This document shows, piece after piece, positions 47,358-61,929 of a stretch of 64,000 bases of DNA. The stretch comes from Mobula hypostoma (lineage: Eukaryota): the NCBI RefSeq assembly GCF_963921235.1, contig NC_086108.1, forward strand, positions 50,966,001-51,030,000, read 5' to 3'. The notes beneath the pieces are model-generated. The model was given only the letters and a program-made list of their open reading frames with translations, searched no databases and was not told where the DNA came from. Position 1 is the first letter of the stretch; each line of letters starts with the position of its first letter. The translations under genes were made by a program, and so were the position numbers.

Positions 47358-50300
47358 TTAAATTTATTCATTTACGGGATGTGAATGTTGCCAGCTAAGT
47401 CAGCATGTATTGCCCATTCCTAGTTGCCCTTAAAAAGGTGGTGATGAGCTGCCTTCTTGAACCGTTGCAGTCTCTGAGGTGTAGGTACACCCACAGAGCT
47501 GTTAGGGAGGCAATTCCATGATTTTGACCCAGCGACAATGAAGGAACGGCAGTATGTTTCCAAGTCAGGATGGTGAATGATTTGGAGGTGGATTTCCAAG
47601 TGGTGGTGTTCCCAGGTATCTGCTGTTCTCGTCTTTTTAGATGGTAGTGGTTGTGAGACTGGAAGGTGTTGTCTTAGGAACTTTGGTGTGTTGTTGCAGT
47701 GCATCTTGTAGATAGTATACACTGCTGCAACTGTCCGTCGATGGTGGAAGGGGTACCAACTGAGTGGGCTGGTTTGTACTGGAAGGTGTCAAGCTTCTTG
47801 GGTGTTGATGCAGCTGCATTCATCTAAGCGAGTGGCAAGTATTCCATTACACTCCTGCAGGATAGTCATTGTAGTCATAGTCATACTTTATTGATCCCGG
47901 GGGAAATTGGTTTTCCTTACAGTTGCACCATAAATAATTAAATAGTAATAAAACCATAAATAATTAAATAGTAATATGTAAATTATGCCAGGTAATGAGT
48001 CCAGGACCAGCCTATTGGCTCAGGGTGTCTGACCCTCCAAGGGAGGAGTTGTAAAGTTTGATGGCCACAGGCAGGAATGACTTCCTATGACGCTCTGTGT
48101 TGCATCTTGGTGGAATGAGTCTCTGGCTGAATGTACTCCTGTGCCCACCCAGTACATTATGTAGTGGATGGGAGACATTGACCAAGATGGCACGCAACTT
48201 GGACAGCATCCTCTTTTCAGACACCACCGTCAGAGAGTCCAGTTCCATCCCCACAACATCACTGGCCTTACGAATGAGTTTGTTAATTCTGTTGGTGTCT
48301 GCTACCCTCAGCCTGCTGCCCGAGCACACAACAGTAAACTTGATCGCACTGGCCACCACAGACTCGTAGAACATCCTCAGCATCGTCCAACAGATGTTAA
48401 AGGACCTCAGTCTCCTCAGGAAATAGAGGCGGCTCTGACCCTTCTTGTAGACAGCTTCAGTGTTCTTTGATCAGTCCAGTTTATTGTCAATTCCTAGGAT
48501 TCCTAGCCTTTGACCTGCTCTGGTAGCCACAGTGCTTATATGGCTAGACCTGTTCAGTTTCCTGTCCGTGGTAACCCCCAGGATGTTGATAGTAGGGAAT
48601 TCAGTGATGGTGATTCCACTGATGATGGATAATGGTTAGAGCCTCTCTTACTGGAGATGGTTATTGCCTGGCACTTGCGTGGCTCAAATGTTACTGGCCA
48701 TTTGTCAGCCCAAGCTGGGATATCGTCCAGGTTCAGCTACATTTGGGTATGAACTGTTTCACTATTTGACGAGTCACAAATGGTGCAGAACATCAAGCAC
48801 CCATCTGCAAACATTCTCACTTCTGACTTATGACAGAAGGTCATTGATGAAGCAGCTGAAAATGGTGGGCAGAGGACACTTCCCTGAGGAACCCCTGCAG
48901 TGATGTCCTGAGGATGAGATGATTGACCTTCAACCACCACAACTATCTTCCTTCATGTCGGGCACCTTGATGCCAAACTCAGTCAAACGCTGCTTGATGT
49001 CGAGGGCTATCACTTTCACCTCACCTCTGGTATTTAGCTCAATGGTCCATGTTTGGACCAAGGAGGTGATGAGGTCAGGGCTGAGTGGCCTTGATGGAAC
49101 CCAAACTGGGCATCCGTAAGTAGGTTATTGCCAAGTAGGTGCTGCATGGTAGCACTGTTGATGACTCCTTCCAGAGTAGGCTGACAGGGCAGTAATTGGC
49201 TGGTTTGGACGTCCTGTTTCTTGTGTACAGGACATATGTAGGTAATTTTCCACATTGCCGGGCAGATGCCGGTGTTGTAGCTGTACTGGAACAGCTTGGC
49301 TAGTGGTGCAGCAAGTTCTGGAGTGCATCAAGTTCTCCAGGACTATTGCCAGGATTTTGTCTGGACCCATAACCTTCGCAGTATCCAGTGCTTTCAGCCG
49401 TTTCTTGATACCACGTGGATAGAATCAGATTGGCTGCATATTGACATCTGGGTTGCTGGGGACTTCTGGAGGAGGCCGAAATGGATCATCTACTCAGCAC
49501 TTCTGACTGAAGATTGTTGCAAATGCCTTAGCCTTATCTTTTGCACAAGTGTGCTGAGCTTCTCTATCATTGAAGATAGGGATATTTGTGGAGCCTCCTC
49601 TTCCAATGAGTTGTCTGATTGTGTACCACTTTTCACAGCTGGATACGGCAGGAGTATAGAGCTTAGGTCTGATCCATTGGTTGTGGGACCACTTAGCTCT
49701 GTCTACTATTTGCTGCTTATGTTGTTTGCCATGCAAGTAGTCCTGCATTGTGCATTCACCAGGGTGACGCCTCATGTTGAGGAAATGCCTGGTGTTGTTC
49801 ACAACATGCTCTCCTGCACCCTTCATTGAACCAGGGTTGATCCCTTGGCCTGGTGGTAATGTTAGAGTGGGGGATGTGCCAGACCATGAGGTTACACACT
49901 GTAGTTGAGAACAATTCTGCTGCTGATGCCCCATAGTGCTTCATAAACGCCCAGTCTTGGGCTGCTAGATCTGTTTGAAGACTATCCGATTTAGCACAGT
50001 GTTAGTGCCACAGAACATGGTGGAGGGTTTCTTCAATGTGGAGATGGGATTTATTCTTCACAAGTGCTAAACGGTGGTCACTTCTACCAATGCTGTCATG
50101 GATTGTGCTTTCGCAGCAGGCAGGTTAGTGAGAATGAAGTCAAGTGTGTTTTTCCCTTTTGTTGGTTCCCTCACCACCTGCTGTAGTCCCAGTCTAGCAG
50201 CTATGTCCAGTAGGACCAGGGCAGCTTGGTCTGTGGTGGTACTACCAAACCACTCTTGGTGAGAGATATTGAAGATTCTGTGCCCTTGCCACCTTCAATG

Positions 50301-50628
50301 CCTCCTCCAGGTACTGCTCAACATGGAGAAGCACTGATTCATCAGCTGAGGTAGGACTGTATGTGGTAATCAGCAGGAGGTTTCCTTGCTCATGTTTAAC
50401 CTGGCGCCATGAGACTTCATGCAGTTCAGAGTCGATGTTGAAAGTTGCCAGGGGAACTCCCTCTCTACTGTATACCACCTCCGCTAGATCTGTCCTGCCA
50501 GTGAGAAAGTACATACCCAGGAATGGTGGTGCTGGAGTCTGGAATGTTATCTGTAAGGTATGATTCTGTCATTACGACATTGTCAGGCTGTTGCTTGACT
50601 AGTCTGTGATACAGATCTCCCAACTTTG
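47358..50628 (-). mobile_element. Second copy of the 9288-12225 LINE family, near full length
   Basis: Reverse complement matches the APE, RT and 3' tail of 9288-12225. Confidence 0.85.
47864..48493 (-). mobile_element. Rex1/Babar-type LINE 3' end nested in LINE
   Basis: ORF 48012-48383; (atgact)n tail; aggat on both sides. Confidence 0.85.
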
Positions 50629-51034
50629 ATCTTGATCTCCAGATTTGAATGCCTCTGATCTAGCAGATTCTAGATTTTGTTATTTATCCAGGGCTTTTGA
50701 TTTCGCAGTTCAGTGTCAAACTCTGTAAATGTTCTGATAAAAAGTGACGGAAGAATTATCATACAACATAGATTGTTGCATCAAAGAGACAAAATGGAAT
50801 TGGCCTCCCCCACTTATCTAGGAACGCAAATTTAGTGTAAAATAAATGACTTGGCATTGTCAATTGCAGAGGCAAAATGAAGGAAAGAATTGAACTTAAG
50901 AGTATGTTTTAAATTAGTATGTACAGATGACAAACATTTTCTCTATTGCTCTACTGAAATTCTTCATTTAAAAATGCTGTTTGATTTGTGTTTTTTGCTG
51001 ATACTTGTGATACAAGATTACTAGCTCATATCAC

Positions 51035-52618
51035 TACCTCTGCTCTACTCTCTGTACCCTTATGGCTCTGAGGCCAAGTACAGCTCCAATGCCATATTTA
51101 AGTTTGCTGATGGTACCACTGTGTAGGCCGAACTAAAGGTGGTGACAAATCAGCATATAGAAGGGAAACTGGAAATCTGGTTGAATGGTGCCTCAACAAC
51201 AATTTCTCACACAACGTCAGCAAAAACCAAAGACCTCATTATCGACTACAGGAGGAAGAAGCTGAAGATCCACGAGCCAGTCCTCATTATGGGATCAGAG
51301 GTAGAGAATGTCACTAACTTTAAATTCCTTGGGATTTTCATTTCAGAGGATTTGTCCTGGGACCAACGCACAAGTGCCGTTACAAAGAAGACATGGCAGC
51401 GCCTCTACTTTCTCAGAGGTTTGTGCAGATTTGCCATGTCATCTAAAACAGGGGTTCCCCAATCCTTTTTTGCACCGCGGACCGGCTTAATATTGACAAT
51501 ATTCTTGCGGACCGGCCGATGGGGTGGGGGTGGGGGTGTTCAAGTAGGGTTGCCAATTTTCTAACTCCCAAATAAGAAATGAGGGACCAAAGTAGCAGTC
51601 AAATACAGGACACTTGTGTTTACCCTGAGAAAGACTACCATGACCATGAAGCCCTGTGTGGGCATCTGTGTGCGCATGCGTGACGTGCGTACGTGTGTGC
51701 ATGCCGATTTTTCTTTTCTACAAATCTGTTTTGTCTTAATCTTCCCGATTCTGTTAAGTGAAACTACACTGTACAGACATTATTTCTACTTTATATAGGC
51801 TGTGTATTTATCATATCATTCCTGCTTTTACTATATGTTCGTGTTATTTTCGGTTTTGTGTTATTTGGTATGATTTGGTAGGTTATTTCAAGTTCAACAG
51901 TGTGTGACAGGGAATGAGGAAAGATGCAGCTGACTCATATCATTTCATATCGCCAAATCATATTGTTTCCTCGCGGCCCGGTAGCACATGCTTTACCGGT
52001 GGTTGGGGACCACTGATCTAAAACATTTGACAAACTTCTATAAATGCACAGTGAAGAGCATCTCGACTGGTTACTTCATAGCTTATAAAAAACTACAAAA
52101 AGTGGTAGTTGCAGCCTAGTCAGCGCAGGGAAAGTCCTCCTCACCATTGAACACATCTGCAAAGAGCACTGCCACATGAAAATAGCATCCATCATCAAGG
52201 ACCCCCACTATTCAGGTCATGCTCTCTTTTTGCTGTTGCCATGGGGAAGGAGATACAGGAGCAACACCACCAGATTCAGGAACATCTACCAACTATCTAC
52301 TTCTGAATGAGCATGGATAACATCACTTACCTCAATGCTGAATTGATTCCACAACCTAAGGACTCCTTGTCAAAGGCTCTATAACCTGTGGTCTCACTAT
52401 AATTAATTAATGAATTTTATTTATTTGCAATTTGTTTCTTTTTTCCTTTTTTGTATTTGTAGTTTGTCGTCTTTTGCATATGATTGTTTGTCAGCCTTTC
52501 GTGCAGTTTTTCATTGATTCTATTGTATTTCTTTGTTCTACTATGAATGTCTTCAAGAAAATGAATATCAGGGTAGCGTATGGTGACATATACATATTTT
52601 AATAATAGATTGAACTTT
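51035..52618 (+). mobile_element. Degraded Rex1/Babar-type LINE 3' portion interrupted by a hAT MITE
   Basis: KFAD, FKFLG..ISEDLSW, QRLYFLR; ttgaacttt tail. Confidence 0.78.
51449..52015. mobile_element. Non-autonomous hAT (Charlie-like) transposon
   Basis: TIRs caggggttccccaa / ttggggaccactg; 8-bp TSD ATCTAAAA at 51441-51448 and 52016-52023. Confidence 0.88.
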
Positions 52619-53544
52619 GTACCTGTCAGTCTTTTTCAAATATTATTTCTTTAAAGTAACTGAAGAGAGCACCCTGGTGTATGATGCACATTATTGTTCC
52701 TGTCCTGATGAGTGCTGGCCATAGGCTTCAAAACCATCTTGAAATCATTGCAAGATGGTGCCGATCTGTGATATCCATCAATATTATAGCTCAGACTTAG
52801 CTGTTCTTTTTAGGTTCCTAAGGATAGTTTTGGGGACAGTGTGGGGAGTTAGGGGATAGGTGAGAGTTTAGGGGGGAGTTAGAAGAATTAAATGTTCAGT
52901 GTTCAGAGTCTGGTTTAGCATTCTTCATGGCTGAAGGTCAGCAATCCCACAGGAGCTGAAGGGACCAGTGATCCCCAGGTTAGCAAGTCCCAGGTCCTGA
53001 AGATCCCTATGGGTGTCAGGAGGGCCAGTGACCAACGTTCCACTAGATCACTAGGTTCAGAGGTCCTTGCGAATCCAGATGTCAGGACCCAAATGTCAAA
53101 CCCGTGATCAGTGAGTCCTGGGGTCAATACTCAAATGTTAAAGCCTTCAGAGCAAAGCTGATGGTCGCTGTCCAGAGCTCAGCAGAAGCCTGAAAGTCAA
53201 AGTCCAGAAGTAGAGGCCTGAAGAAGTCTCCGGTGCTGGTGACTCCAAGGTCACCACAGTTGGAAGTTCATGGGAGCCAAGAAGTCGACACCCGAAAGTC
53301 AAATCCATGATCATTGAGTCTTAAGGTAGACACCCAGAGGACAGAGAAGTCTCAAGTTGGATGCCGATGTTTGCAAGCCTGAGACTCCAGGGTCAAGGAA
53401 TGGAGGCTTGGAAGCCTATCCGTCCTGGGAGTCAGAAGGACTGGTGAGAGGAGGGTGGGGAAGGGTCACTATTTGTTGCTGTTGCTTTTGCTTGTGTTGT
53501 TCTGCTGAACATTGAGAGTATGCAATGTTGGCGCTGGAACAGTG

Positions 53545-55383
53545 AAGTAAAGGGAACTACATAGGCATGAGAGAAGAGCTGGCCAAAGTTGGTTGGAAGT
53601 AACAATAGCAGGGATAGCAGCAGAAAAGCAAGGGCTGGAGTTTCTGAGAGCAATTTGGAAAGGCACAGTATAGATACATCACTAAGAAGTTTTGTAAAGG
53701 AAAGATGAGGCAAACATGACTGACAAGAGCAAAACTGATAAAAACAAAAGAGAGGGCAGATAATATAGCAAAAGTATTAGAGGGAGGATTGGGAAATGTA
53801 CAACCAACAGAAGGCAACTAAAAAAGCAATACGGAGAGAAAAGATGAAATATGAAGGCAAGGCAGCCAATAATATGAAAGGGGATATATAAAGAGTAAAA
53901 GAAAAGCAAGAGTGAATATCAGACTGCTGGAAAATGATGCTGGAGAGGTAGTAATGGGGGACAAAGAAATGGCAGATGAATACTTATTAAGTATTTAGTG
54001 TCAGTCTTCAACGTGGAAGATACCAGCAGTATGCCAGAAATGTGACAGTGTCAGGGGCCAGAAGTGAGTGCAGTTGCTATTATTGAGGAAAAGGTACTTG
54101 GGAAGCAGTAAGGTCTGAAGGTAGGTCAGTCACCTGGACCAGATGGACTATACCTCAGGGTTCTGAAAGAGATTGGCTGTAGAGACTACAGAGGCTTTAG
54201 TAATGATCTTCCAAGAATCACTAGATACTGCACTGGTTCCAGAGGAAAGCAGACAAAAAGACAGGAAATTATAGGCTAGCCAGTTAGCTGACTTCAGTAG
54301 TTAATAAGTTGTTGGAGTCCATTATTAAGGATGAGAATTAGGTTATTTGGGGGCACATGATAATAGGGCAATGTCAGCATGGTTTACTTAAGGGGCAATC
54401 TGGCCTGACAATTCTGTTGGAATTCTTTCAGGAAATAACAGGAAGAAAAGACAAAGAAAAATCAGTAGATGTTGTTTACTTGGATTTTCAGAAGGCCTTT
54501 GACAATGTGCTGTGCATAAGGCTGCTAAGCAAGATAAGAGCCCATGGTATAAAAGGTAAGATAATGGCATGGAAAGAAAATTGCCTGACAGGCAAGAGGC
54601 AAAAAATGGGAACAACGGATGCATTTTCTGGTTGGCTCCCAGTGACTAGTGGTGCTCCAAGGAAGGGAGGTGTTGCAACTGCTTCCTTTCATGTTTTATG
54701 TCAATGATTTGAATGATGAAATTGATGACTTTCAGGTCAAGTTTTTGGATGATACAAAAATAGGTGGAAGTGCAGGCAGTGTTGAGGAAGCAGGGAGTCT
54801 GCAGAAGGGCGTAGATAGCTTAGAAGAATGGACAAAGAAATGGCACATGGAATACAGTGTAGGGAAGTGTATGACCATGTACTTTGCTAAATGTAATAAA
54901 ACCACAGATTATTTTCTAAAACAACACAAACTAAACTCTGGAGGACTCAGCAGGTCAGGCAGCATCTACGGAAAAGAAAACCCTTCTTCAGGACTGAGAA
55001 GGAAGGGGGAAAGTGCCAGAATAAAAAGGTGCCAGAGGAGGGGAAAGAGGCTAGCTGGAAGGTGATAGGCGAAGCCAGGTGGGTGGGCGCAAAGGGACTT
55101 GGGAGTCCTCGCGCAGGATTCCCTTAAAGTTAAATTTCAGGTTTAAATGGTAGTAAAGAAGGCAAATGCAATGTTAGCATTCAATTCGAGAGATCTAGAA
55201 TAAAAAAAACAAGGATGTAATACTGAGACTTTATAAGGCACTGGTCAGACCACAGAGTATTGCGAGTAGTTCTAGGCCACTATCTTAGAGATTATGTTGG
55301 CACTGGAGCCATCCAGAGGAGGTTCAGGAGCAGACTCAATGAGCGAGATGGCCTAATTCAGCTCCAATATCTTAAGGTTTTAT
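53545..55383 (+). mobile_element. Degraded CR1 LINE with a Penelope-like fragment (~54920-55088, minus) inside
   Basis: QHG..KG.S.LT.LLEFF, YLDFQKAFD; internal deletion joining to the CR1 tail. Confidence 0.8.
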
Positions 55384-56540
55384 GGTGCCACATGAGGCCG
55401 CTTACCAAGTTAAGAGCCCATGGTATTACAGGAAAGTTACACATTAGGGTTAGAGCATTTGCTGATTGGTAAGAGGCAGCAAGTGGAAATAAAAGGATCC
55501 TTGTCTGGTTGGCTGCCAGTGACTAGTGGTGCTCCACAGGGGTTCTGTGTTGGGACCGCTTCTTCTTATGCTGTATATCAATGATCTAGATGACAGAATA
55601 GGTGGCTTTGTTGCCAAATTTGCAGATGATATGAAGACTGGTGGAGGGGCAGGTAGTGTTGAGGAAACAGGTAGGCTGCAGAAAAGACAGATTAGGAGAG
55701 TGGGCAAGAAAGTGGGAAAACAAAATACAATGTTGGAAAGTGTATGGTCGTGCACTTTAGTCAAAGAAATAAATGTGCAGACTATTTTCTAAATGGGGAG
55801 AAGATCCAGAAATCTGAGATGCAAAAGGACTTGGGAGTCCTTGTGTAGAACACCCTACAGGTTAACTTGCAGGTTGAGTCGGTGGTGAGGAAGGCAAATG
55901 TAATATTAGCAGTCATTTCAAGAAGTCTTGAATACTAAAGCGAAGGTATGATGCCGAGGCTTTATAAGACACTGGTGTGGCCTCGCCTTAAGTATTGTGA
56001 ACAGTTTTGGGCTCCTCAACTAAGAAAAGATGAGCTAGCATTGTTGAGGATCCAGAGGCAGTTCACAAAGATGATTCCAGGAATGAAAGGTTTATCATAC
56101 GAGGAACATTTGATGGCTCTGGGTCTGTACTTGATGGAATTTAGAAGGATGGGGGGGATCTCACTGAAACCTTCAAATGTTGAAAGGCCTAGACAGAGCA
56201 GATGTGAAAAGGATGTTTCTCATGGTGGTGTGGGGAGTCTAGGACAAGCAAGCACAGCCTCAGAATAGAGGGGTGTCCATTCAAAATAGGGATGTGGGGA
56301 ATTTCTTTAGCTAGAGGGTGGTGAGTTTGTGGAATTTGTTACCACAGGCACATGTGGAGGCCAGGTCATTGCGTGTATTTAAGACAGAGACTGATAGGCT
56401 CTAGATTGGACGCAGCATCAAAGGTTACGGGGAGAAGGCAGGGAAATGGGGTTAAGGTGGGGGGGAAAGGATCAGCCATGATTGAATGGCAGAGCAGACG
56501 CGATGGGCCAAATGGCCTAGTTCTCTTCCTATGTTTTATG
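55384..56540 (+). mobile_element. CR1 LINE 3' portion in tandem with the previous copy
   Basis: [31 protein letters not shown]1 tail. Confidence 0.85.
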
Positions 56541-57899
56541 GAATGAGTGCTGATACATGCAGGCTGCCCCCCTCTCCCCAGTGCATCAGTGGGTGTGTTG
56601 GTTGTTAACGCAGATGTCATATCTAACTGTATATTTCAATGTACATGTGATCAATTAATCTGAATTTGAATCATATAGTTCATAAGCTATATGAAATATA
56701 TTTGAATTACTATTCCATAACCCTATAAAAATGCCATTTTCTTACACTTACCAGAATTTTTTCAAAGAACCCCTTGTTACTTTGAGTGGAACTTATCACT
56801 GTAGCTACTTTGGAACAGATATTCTATGTAGAACTCCCTTCCTGTGACAACATAATGTTTGACTCCAGTGACATCATGAATTGCGGAATAAAAGGTTCCC
56901 CAAAGGAGATAAACTTCATTAGATTAAAAAACTTGAACCAATACCAAAAATGTTTTCTGAGCTTCAGATTTACCACAAAATTATATGACTTAAGATATTT
57001 TGCATATATCAAAATCTTCTGAACAATTATGATTCCAGATCAAAGGGAGACAAGCTTTGGATTTATTGAACAACCTAACATTATATTAATCCCTCATGAA
57101 AATAAAATATTGTGCAACTTGGATAATATAATGCATAAAACCACAAAAAACATAGCCAATATTCAGCATTAAGCCAGCTTTGTGTAGCTAATATTATCGG
57201 AGTTTCCAGTCAAACATTTTATATTAAAATCTAAAGTCTGTATTTACTGGTCATTGACCCAAAACACAAACAATTTCCTTCTCCACAGTTGCTACTTAAC
57301 TCTTCTGTTCTAATTTAAGTCAAGCATTGCAATATTTTATGAGAATCACAGCAAAATTTTCAGAAGAATGGTGATTATAGATATAGATCAGAGAAAAAGA
57401 AATTTAGTTCATTTACCAGGAGGAAGTGACATATGTCTAGAATAATTTGGCAGGCTATGTGATAAAGACGTATCTTCAGGTAAGCTTAAAGCAACGAAAA
57501 CAAATAAAATTTTAGAGTTTGTTTCTTTTAACTTCAACTTCTATATTTTTTATAATTATTAGAGGAACCCATAACTATGCAGGAAGAGCAAACGTTTGCT
57601 AAGCTGAGATGCCTATAGTTTCTAGAACATTCAATAAAAATGCCAGAGGTTACCTCAGTACACTGTGTTTGGAACTGTCTATAGAGTCTGATACACTGTA
57701 CATAAGAGACTCCAAAAATTCCTCAAAATGCACATTCTGTTAAGGTCTGAATGGGAAGTCTAGGGAAGAAAACAAAACAAAATTTAGAACACAAGATAGA
57801 CAGCATGATACTTATACAACTTCATAGGAGAAATAAACAAAACAAGAACCACAATCGATGAAGAAGGTGTGCCAGCAGCTTGACTTTAAGAAGATTCTG

Positions 57900-59590
57900 C
57901 ATGTAATTTAAGACTCTGACAAACTTCTACAGATGTACAGTGCAAAGCATTCTGACTGGTTGCATCACGGTCTACAATGGAAATGCACAGGAATATAGAG
58001 GCTATGTGGACCTCTGATTTCCTTCTCCTGAAGGCTGCAATCAATTCTTTGATCTTGCTGACATTGAGTGAGGTTGTTATTGTGACACTATTCAGACAAA
58101 TTTTCAATCTCCCTCCTGTATGCTGATTCATCACCACCTTTGATATGGCCCTTAACAGTGGTGTCATCAGCAAACTTGAATATGGTGTTGGAGCTGCACT
58201 TAGCCACAGAGTCATAGGTGTAAAGCGAGTAGACAGGGGGATAAGCACACAGCTCTGTGGTGCATCAGTGCTGATGGAGACCAAGGAGATGTTTTTGTCA
58301 ATCCAAACTGGCTGGGGTCTGCAAGTGAGGAAATCCAGGACCCAATTGCACGAGGAGGTATTGAGGCTCAGGTATAGGAGTTTACTGATTAGTTTTGAGC
58401 GGATGAAATGGCATCTGCTGTGGACCTGTCGCTCTGGTAGGCAAATTGGAGCGGATCTGAGTTGCCACTCCGATAGGAGCTGATATGCTTCAACAGCAGC
58501 CTCTCAAAACACTTCATCACTGTGGATGTAAGTGCAACTAGATGATAGTTATTGTGGTAGGTCTTCTTAGGCACCTGTATGATTGAAGCAGGTGGGTATC
58601 ACACACTGCCAAAGCAAGTTGTTGAAGATAACCGTGAAGACACCAGCCAGTTGGTCAGCACAAGTCTTTAGTACATGTCTAGGTTCCCCATCTGGACCAG
58701 ATGCTTTCCTTGGACTCCCCCTCCTTAAGACAGCCCACATCATCTTCAGATACTGAGACCAAAGGCTCATAAAGAGATATGGGGATTCATGATCGTTCAT
58801 CCATGTTCTGATGGTCAAAGTGAGCATAGAAGGCATTGTGCTCATCTGGAAGTGAAGCCCTGCTGTCCATCACGTTGCTGCATTTAATTTTGTAGGAGGT
58901 TACAGCATTCAATTCCAGCTTAGTCCAGAATCTCCACTTCGATCGGAGATCACACCTGCTTTCTTATAGCATTCTAGATCTCCAGTCTTGAATGCCCCTG
59001 ATCTGGCCCTGAGCAAATTACAAATTTCATGGTTCATCCAGGGCTTCTGATTGCAGAAGACCCTGTAAAATTTAGTGAGTACCTGACTGGCAGACCACTC
59101 ATCCATCAGCTGTTTTAATGAAGTCTGTTACAACCCCAGTGTCGTCATTTACATCCATAGGTAAGTGCTTGAACATGGCCCAGTCCACTGACTCAAAGCA
59201 ATCCTGCTATCATTCCTCAGCCTCCCGTGACCACCCCTTAGCTGTCTTAATCTCTGGAGCCTTGCTTTTTAGGCTTCGTCTGTATGCAAGTAGTAGAAGG
59301 ACAGCCAAGTGATCCAAATTACCAAAATGCGGTTTAGGCAAGGAAAGGTAGGCATTCTGTCTCGTAGTGTAGCAGTAGTCTAGTGTGGTTGGGATCTTTG
59401 GTGCTACAGGTTATATGCTGGTGATAAATGGGCAGGGTTTTCTTCAAACAAGCCTGCTTGAAGTCTCCAACTATAATTTGAAATGTGTCGGGATGGGCTG
59501 ATTCTTGTCTACAGATGACATTGTGCAGTGTTGCAAGTGCTTACTTATAGTCTGCCACTGGTGGTATATAAAGTGCGGTCAGACTAGGAG
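57900..59590 (-). mobile_element. Degraded Rex1/Babar-type LINE (APE to RT), with a short inverted piece at ~57900-57995
   Basis: [43 protein letters not shown]. Confidence 0.8.
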
Positions 59591-60790
59591 TTGAGGATGC
59601 CATCATCTACCTGCTGAACCGTGTCTACGCCCACCTGGAGAAGCCAGTGAGCACTGTGAGGGTCATGTTTTTTGACTTCTCCAGTGCATTCAACACCATC
59701 CGCCCTGCTCTGCTGGGAGAGAAGCTGACAGTGATGCAGGTGGATGCTTTCCTGGAATCATGGATTATTGATTACCTGACTGGCAGACCACAGTACGTGT
59801 GCTTGCAACACTGTGTGTCCAACAGAGTGATCAGCAGCACTGGGGCTCCACAGGGGACTGTCTTGTCTCCCTTTCTCTTTACCATTTACACCTCGGACTT
59901 CAACTACTGCACAGAGTCTTGCCATCTTCAGTAGTTTTCTGATGACTGTGCCATAGTTGGATGCATCAGCAAGGGAGATGAGGCTGAGTACAGGGCTATG
60001 CTAGGAAACTTCGTCACATGGTGTGAGCAGAATTATCTGCAGCTTAATGTGAAAAAGACTAAGGAGCTGGTGGTGGACCTGAGGAGGGCTAAGGCACCGG
60101 TGACCCCTGTTTCCATCCAGGGGGTCAGTGTGGACATGGTGGAGGATTACAAATACCTGGGGATATGAACTGACAATAAACTGGACTGGTCAAAGAACAC
60201 TGAGGCTGTCTACAAGAAGGGTCAAAGCCATCTCTATTTCCTGAGGAGACTGAGGTCCTTTAACATGTTGGACGACGCTGAGGATGTTCTACGAGTCTGT
60301 GGTGGCCAGTGCTATCATGTTTGCTGTCGTGTGCTGGGGCAGCAGGCTGAGGGTAGCAGACACCAACAGAATCAACAAACTCATTGGTAAGGCCAGTGAT
60401 GTTGTGGGGATGGAACTGGACTCTCTGATGGTGGTGTCTGAAAAGAGGATGCTGTCCAAGTTGCATGCCATCTTGGACAATGTCTCCCATCCACTACATA
60501 ATGTACTGGTTGGGCACAGGAGTACATTCAGCCAGAGACTCATTCCACCGAGATGCAACACAGAGCGTCATAGGAAGTCATTCCTGCCTGTGGCCATCAA
60601 ACTTTACAACTCCTCCCTTGGAGGGCCAGACACCCTGAGCCAATAGGCTGGTCCTGGACTTATTTCCATCTGGCATGTTACATATTATTATTTATTTATG
60701 GTTTTATATTGCTATATTTATACTCTATTCTTGGTTGGTGCAACTGTAACAAAACCCAATTTCCCTCGGGATCAATAAAGTATGACTATG
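59591..60790 (+). mobile_element. Rex1/Babar-type LINE 3' 1.2 kb
   Basis: VRVMFFDFSSAFNTI, GAPQGTVLSP; ORF 60284-60646; aataaagtatgactatga tail. Confidence 0.9.
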
Positions 60791-60849
60791 AATCACAAAT
60801 GAGAAGGCCCCAAGGCAAATAGAATGGGCTGTGTTCATTCGGTATGTGT

Positions 60850-61387
60850 TCCAAGGCAGAGGAAGTATATACTGACTTTGGAGGCAGTGCAGTGGAGGTT
60901 CACGAAGTTGAGGGGGTTAGACTATGAGAAGAGATTGAGTCACCTGGGACTGTACTCACTGGAATTCAGAAAGATGAGCGGAGATCTTATAGAAACATAT
61001 AAAATTATAAAAGAAATTATAAAATGATGAAAAATTATGAAAGATAGAGGCAGGAAAGTTGTTTCCACTGGTAGGTGAGACTAGAACTAGGGGACATAAC
61101 CTCAAGATTTGGGGGAGTAAATTTAGGACAGGGATGAGGAAAAACTCCAAAGAATGGTGAATCTGTGGAATTCTCCGCCCAATGAAGCTGTGGAAGCTAC
61201 CTCAGTAAACATATTTTAGACAAGGTTGGATAGATTTTTGCATAGTAGGGGAATTAAGGCTTATGGAAAAAAGGCAGGTAGGTGGAGATGAGTCCATGGT
61301 CAGATCAGTCATGATCTTATTGAATGGTGGAGCAAGCTTGACGGACCAGATGGCCTACTCCTGCTCTTATTTCTTATGTTCTTATGG
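60850..61387 (+). mobile_element. CR1 LINE 3' fragment
   Basis: LGLYSLEF, DLIETYKI; tail cctactcctgctcttatttcttatgttcttatg. Confidence 0.82.
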
Positions 61388-61929
61388 AACATGATTTTGG
61401 CAATACTGCCATGTTGGTGCACCAAAGATAAGTGACAAAAAAGCACATGCCACCACCCTTTTCCTTTCTAGAGTTCATGGTCCGATCATGCAAGAATTGA
61501 TATATTTCATCACCAACCACTCAAAGCAGTTCATCACAGTGGACGTAAGTGCTACTGACTAGAACCCCCATGTTTTGTTTAAAGAGTAGTCTACTACTTT
61601 ATTGATGTAATTTGCCAGGATACAGGTCCCACCCAGCATGATTCAGGTGAAGCCCACAACAGCAGAACAGCTCTCTCCTTCCCTGGTATCGGATTTCATT
61701 TCTACTATGCCACATTATGAGCCATGAAATTACTCCTCTAATCTTATTCATTTTTGGCACGTTACCCAACTAAAGATTGTGGTTCTGATTTTCAATTTTC
61801 CCAAGAACTCCTCATAGTTCCTCAACAGCATCTCCTTTCAAGTACTACCAATGTCATTAGTACCCATGTGGACCATGACCATGACAAGAGAAAAAGGCCA
61901 AAGGATAAACGAATTTGGGGATATAATGA

